Shown piece after piece: positions 46,945-48,291 of a DNA stretch of 48,291 nt. A program made the translations under genes and the position numbers. Below the pieces are notes generated by a model. It was given only the letters and a program-made list of their open reading frames with translations. It searched no databases and was not told where the DNA came from. Positions within the stretch are counted from its first letter, which is position 1. Every line of letters starts with the position of its first letter. Source of the DNA: Clostridia bacterium (GTDB taxonomy: Bacteria > Bacillota > Clostridia > Oscillospirales > CAG-272); contig CAAFLY010000155.1 in the NCBI GenBank assembly GCA_900763885.1, forward strand, positions 1 to 48,291. The letters run 5' to 3'.

Positions 46945-48246
46945 TTATTCTCCCTCGCTTTCGCTGTATACCGTCTTTCCGTCCGCCACCGTGCAGACAC
47001 ATTTTCCGTATACCGTCCACCCGGCAAACGGGGTCGCGCGGCCCATTGTGGCAAATCGCTCCGGATCTATGGTGTATGCGTGCTCTGTGTCCCATACGGT
47101 GAGGTTTGCCCGCGCGCCGACTGTGAGCTCTCCCCCGTCCAGCGCAAACCGTCCCGCTGGTGCCGCAGTCAGCATCGCGAGGATCCGGGCAAGCGGCACG
47201 ATCCCCGGCAGACAGAGCTCTGTGTACACCACTGGGAACGCCGTCTCCAGTCCGACTACGCCCATGAGACTGCCCCGCAGCCCGCGCGATTTTTCCTCCC
47301 GGCTGTGCGGCGCGTGATCCGTGGCGAGCATATCGATCGTCCCGTCGCACACGCCCTCTATGAGCGCGTCCCGGTCGGCTGCCGCGCGGATCGGCGGATT
47401 CATCTTGAACCTGCCCTCATCCCGCAGCGCCGCGTCCGTCAGCGTGAGATAATGGGGGGCTGTCTCCGCGGTCACGTCCACACCGGATCTTTTCGCGTCC
47501 CGGATGAGGGATACTGCCTCCCGCGTCGATATGTGGCACACGTGGTACGCGCAGCCCGTCTGTGCCGCCAGTGCCAGATCCCTTTCGATCATCCTCCACT
47601 CGGATTCCGATGCGATGCCGGGGATGCCGTGCGCCCTTGCCCAGTCCCCCTCGTGGATCACCCCGCCGCGAAGCAGGTCGTTCACCTCACAGTGCGCCGA
47701 TATGGTCTTTCCGACCGCTTTGCACCGCTCCATCAGCTCCCGCATCAGTCCCTCGTCCTGCACGCCGCGGCCGTCATCGGAAAATCCCGCGACATAGGGG
47801 GCAAGTCCCTCGATGTCCGACGGGGTCTGGCCGCCCTCGCCAATCGTCAGCGCGCCGAACGGCACCACGCGCACCACGGCGTCCCGCTCGATACGCTCTG
47901 TCTGAGCACGGAGATGCTCCACGCTGTCCGGCACCGGATTCAGATTCGGCATGGTGCAGACCGTGGTGTATCCGCCGTGCGCCGCCGCCATGGAACCCGT
48001 GCGGATCGTCTCCTTATACAAAAATCCCGGCTCACGGAAATGCACATGGACATCCGTAAAACCGGGGAAAACCGCACAATCGCCAAAATCACGGCACACA
48101 AAACCGTCCGCGAAAGCCGGAAGGGAAACAGAAGCGCCATACTCTTTTTCAATACGCGTGATTCTGCCGTCCTCGACAAACACCGCCGCGGGAGAAAATC
48201 CACCGTCCAGCCATACGCGCCGACTCACGAACACCATCTTCGGCAT
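46945..48246 (-). CDS. pyrC: Dihydroorotase
   Basis: DVHVHFREPG motif. Amidohydrolase fold sequence throughout. Confidence 0.9.
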   Translation of the reverse strand: MPKMVFVSRRVWLDGGFSPAAVFVEDGRITRIEKEYGASVSLPAFADGFVCRDFGDCAVFPGFTDVHVHFREPGFLYKETIRTGSMAAAHGGYTTVCTMPNLNPVPDSVEHLRAQTERIERDAVVRVVPFGALTIGEGGQTPSDIEGLAPYVAGFSDDGRGVQDEGLMRELMERCKAVGKTISAHCEVNDLLRGGVIHEGDWARAHGIPGIASESEWRMIERDLALAAQTGCAYHVCHISTREAVSLIRDAKRSGVDVTAETAPHYLTLTDAALRDEGRFKMNPPIRAAADRDALIEGVCDGTIDMLATDHAPHSREEKSRGLRGSLMGVVGLETAFPVVYTELCLPGIVPLARILAMLTAAPAGRFALDGGELTVGARANLTVWDTEHAYTIDPERFATMGRATPFAGWTVYGKCVCTVADGKTVYSESEGE

Positions 48247-48261
48247 ATTCCGTCCTCCGTA

Positions 48262-48291
48262 ACAAAAAAATCTGCGCCGCGCGAGACGGTA
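48262..48291 (-). terminator. Partial terminator/attenuator immediately upstream of pyrC (cut by the window edge)
   Basis: The minus strand reads ...CGCGCGGCGCAGA-TTTTTTT-GTTACGGAGGACGGAATATG. A GC-rich segment and a U7 tract lie just before the pyrC SD. The 5' half of any stem is outside the window. Confidence 0.35.

Noticed and set aside
42574-48246. pyr operon gene order and the presence of pyrI as something unusual.
   Set aside because: pyrBI and pyrK-pyrD class 1B arrangements are known in Clostridia. All seven genes look intact and ordinary.

Overview
This is a high-GC, Clostridia-like chromosomal segment, densely coding on both strands. The core genes are tRNA-Gln(UUG), hisS / mazG-like fusion / aspS, carA-carB, and a seven-gene pyrimidine operon on the minus strand (pyrC-pyrK-pyrD-pyrF-pyrE-pyrB-pyrI). 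Between them lie glycan and sugar genes: GH43 + sugar-phosphate isomerase + an unknown protein; a leaderless GH18 + an unknown protein; SGNH esterase + GH2 + a BNR sialidase-like protein; and an orphan solute-binding lipoprotein. Other genes are an AraC-controlled oxidoreductase trio, a group-B-type [FeFe] hydrogenase with a thioredoxin-like 2Fe-2S ferredoxin, a PHP / M28 / nitroreductase / radical-SAM-SPASM cluster, and vanZ, an esterase, queH and a YgjP-type metallopeptidase. One complete ISAs1-family insertion sequence with a 10-bp target duplication sits just upstream of the tRNA-Gln promoter. I found no rRNA, CRISPR array, prophage or recognisable defence island, and no convincing multi-gene novel system. 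The most unusual signals are non-coding. (1) A family of about 93-nt nested-palindromic elements has 4 near-identical copies and 1 diverged copy. Each is fused to the stop codon of a gene, always in sense orientation, and (for the four near-identical copies) upstream of the real terminator. (2) A promoter-plus-terminator U-rich leader lies upstream of carAB and carries a 67-codon ORF with a strong SD that runs through the terminator. A second promoter follows it. Many sigma-70-type promoters here share an extended -10 of the form TGnTATACT. Long ORFs antisense to conserved genes are treated as high-GC artefacts.
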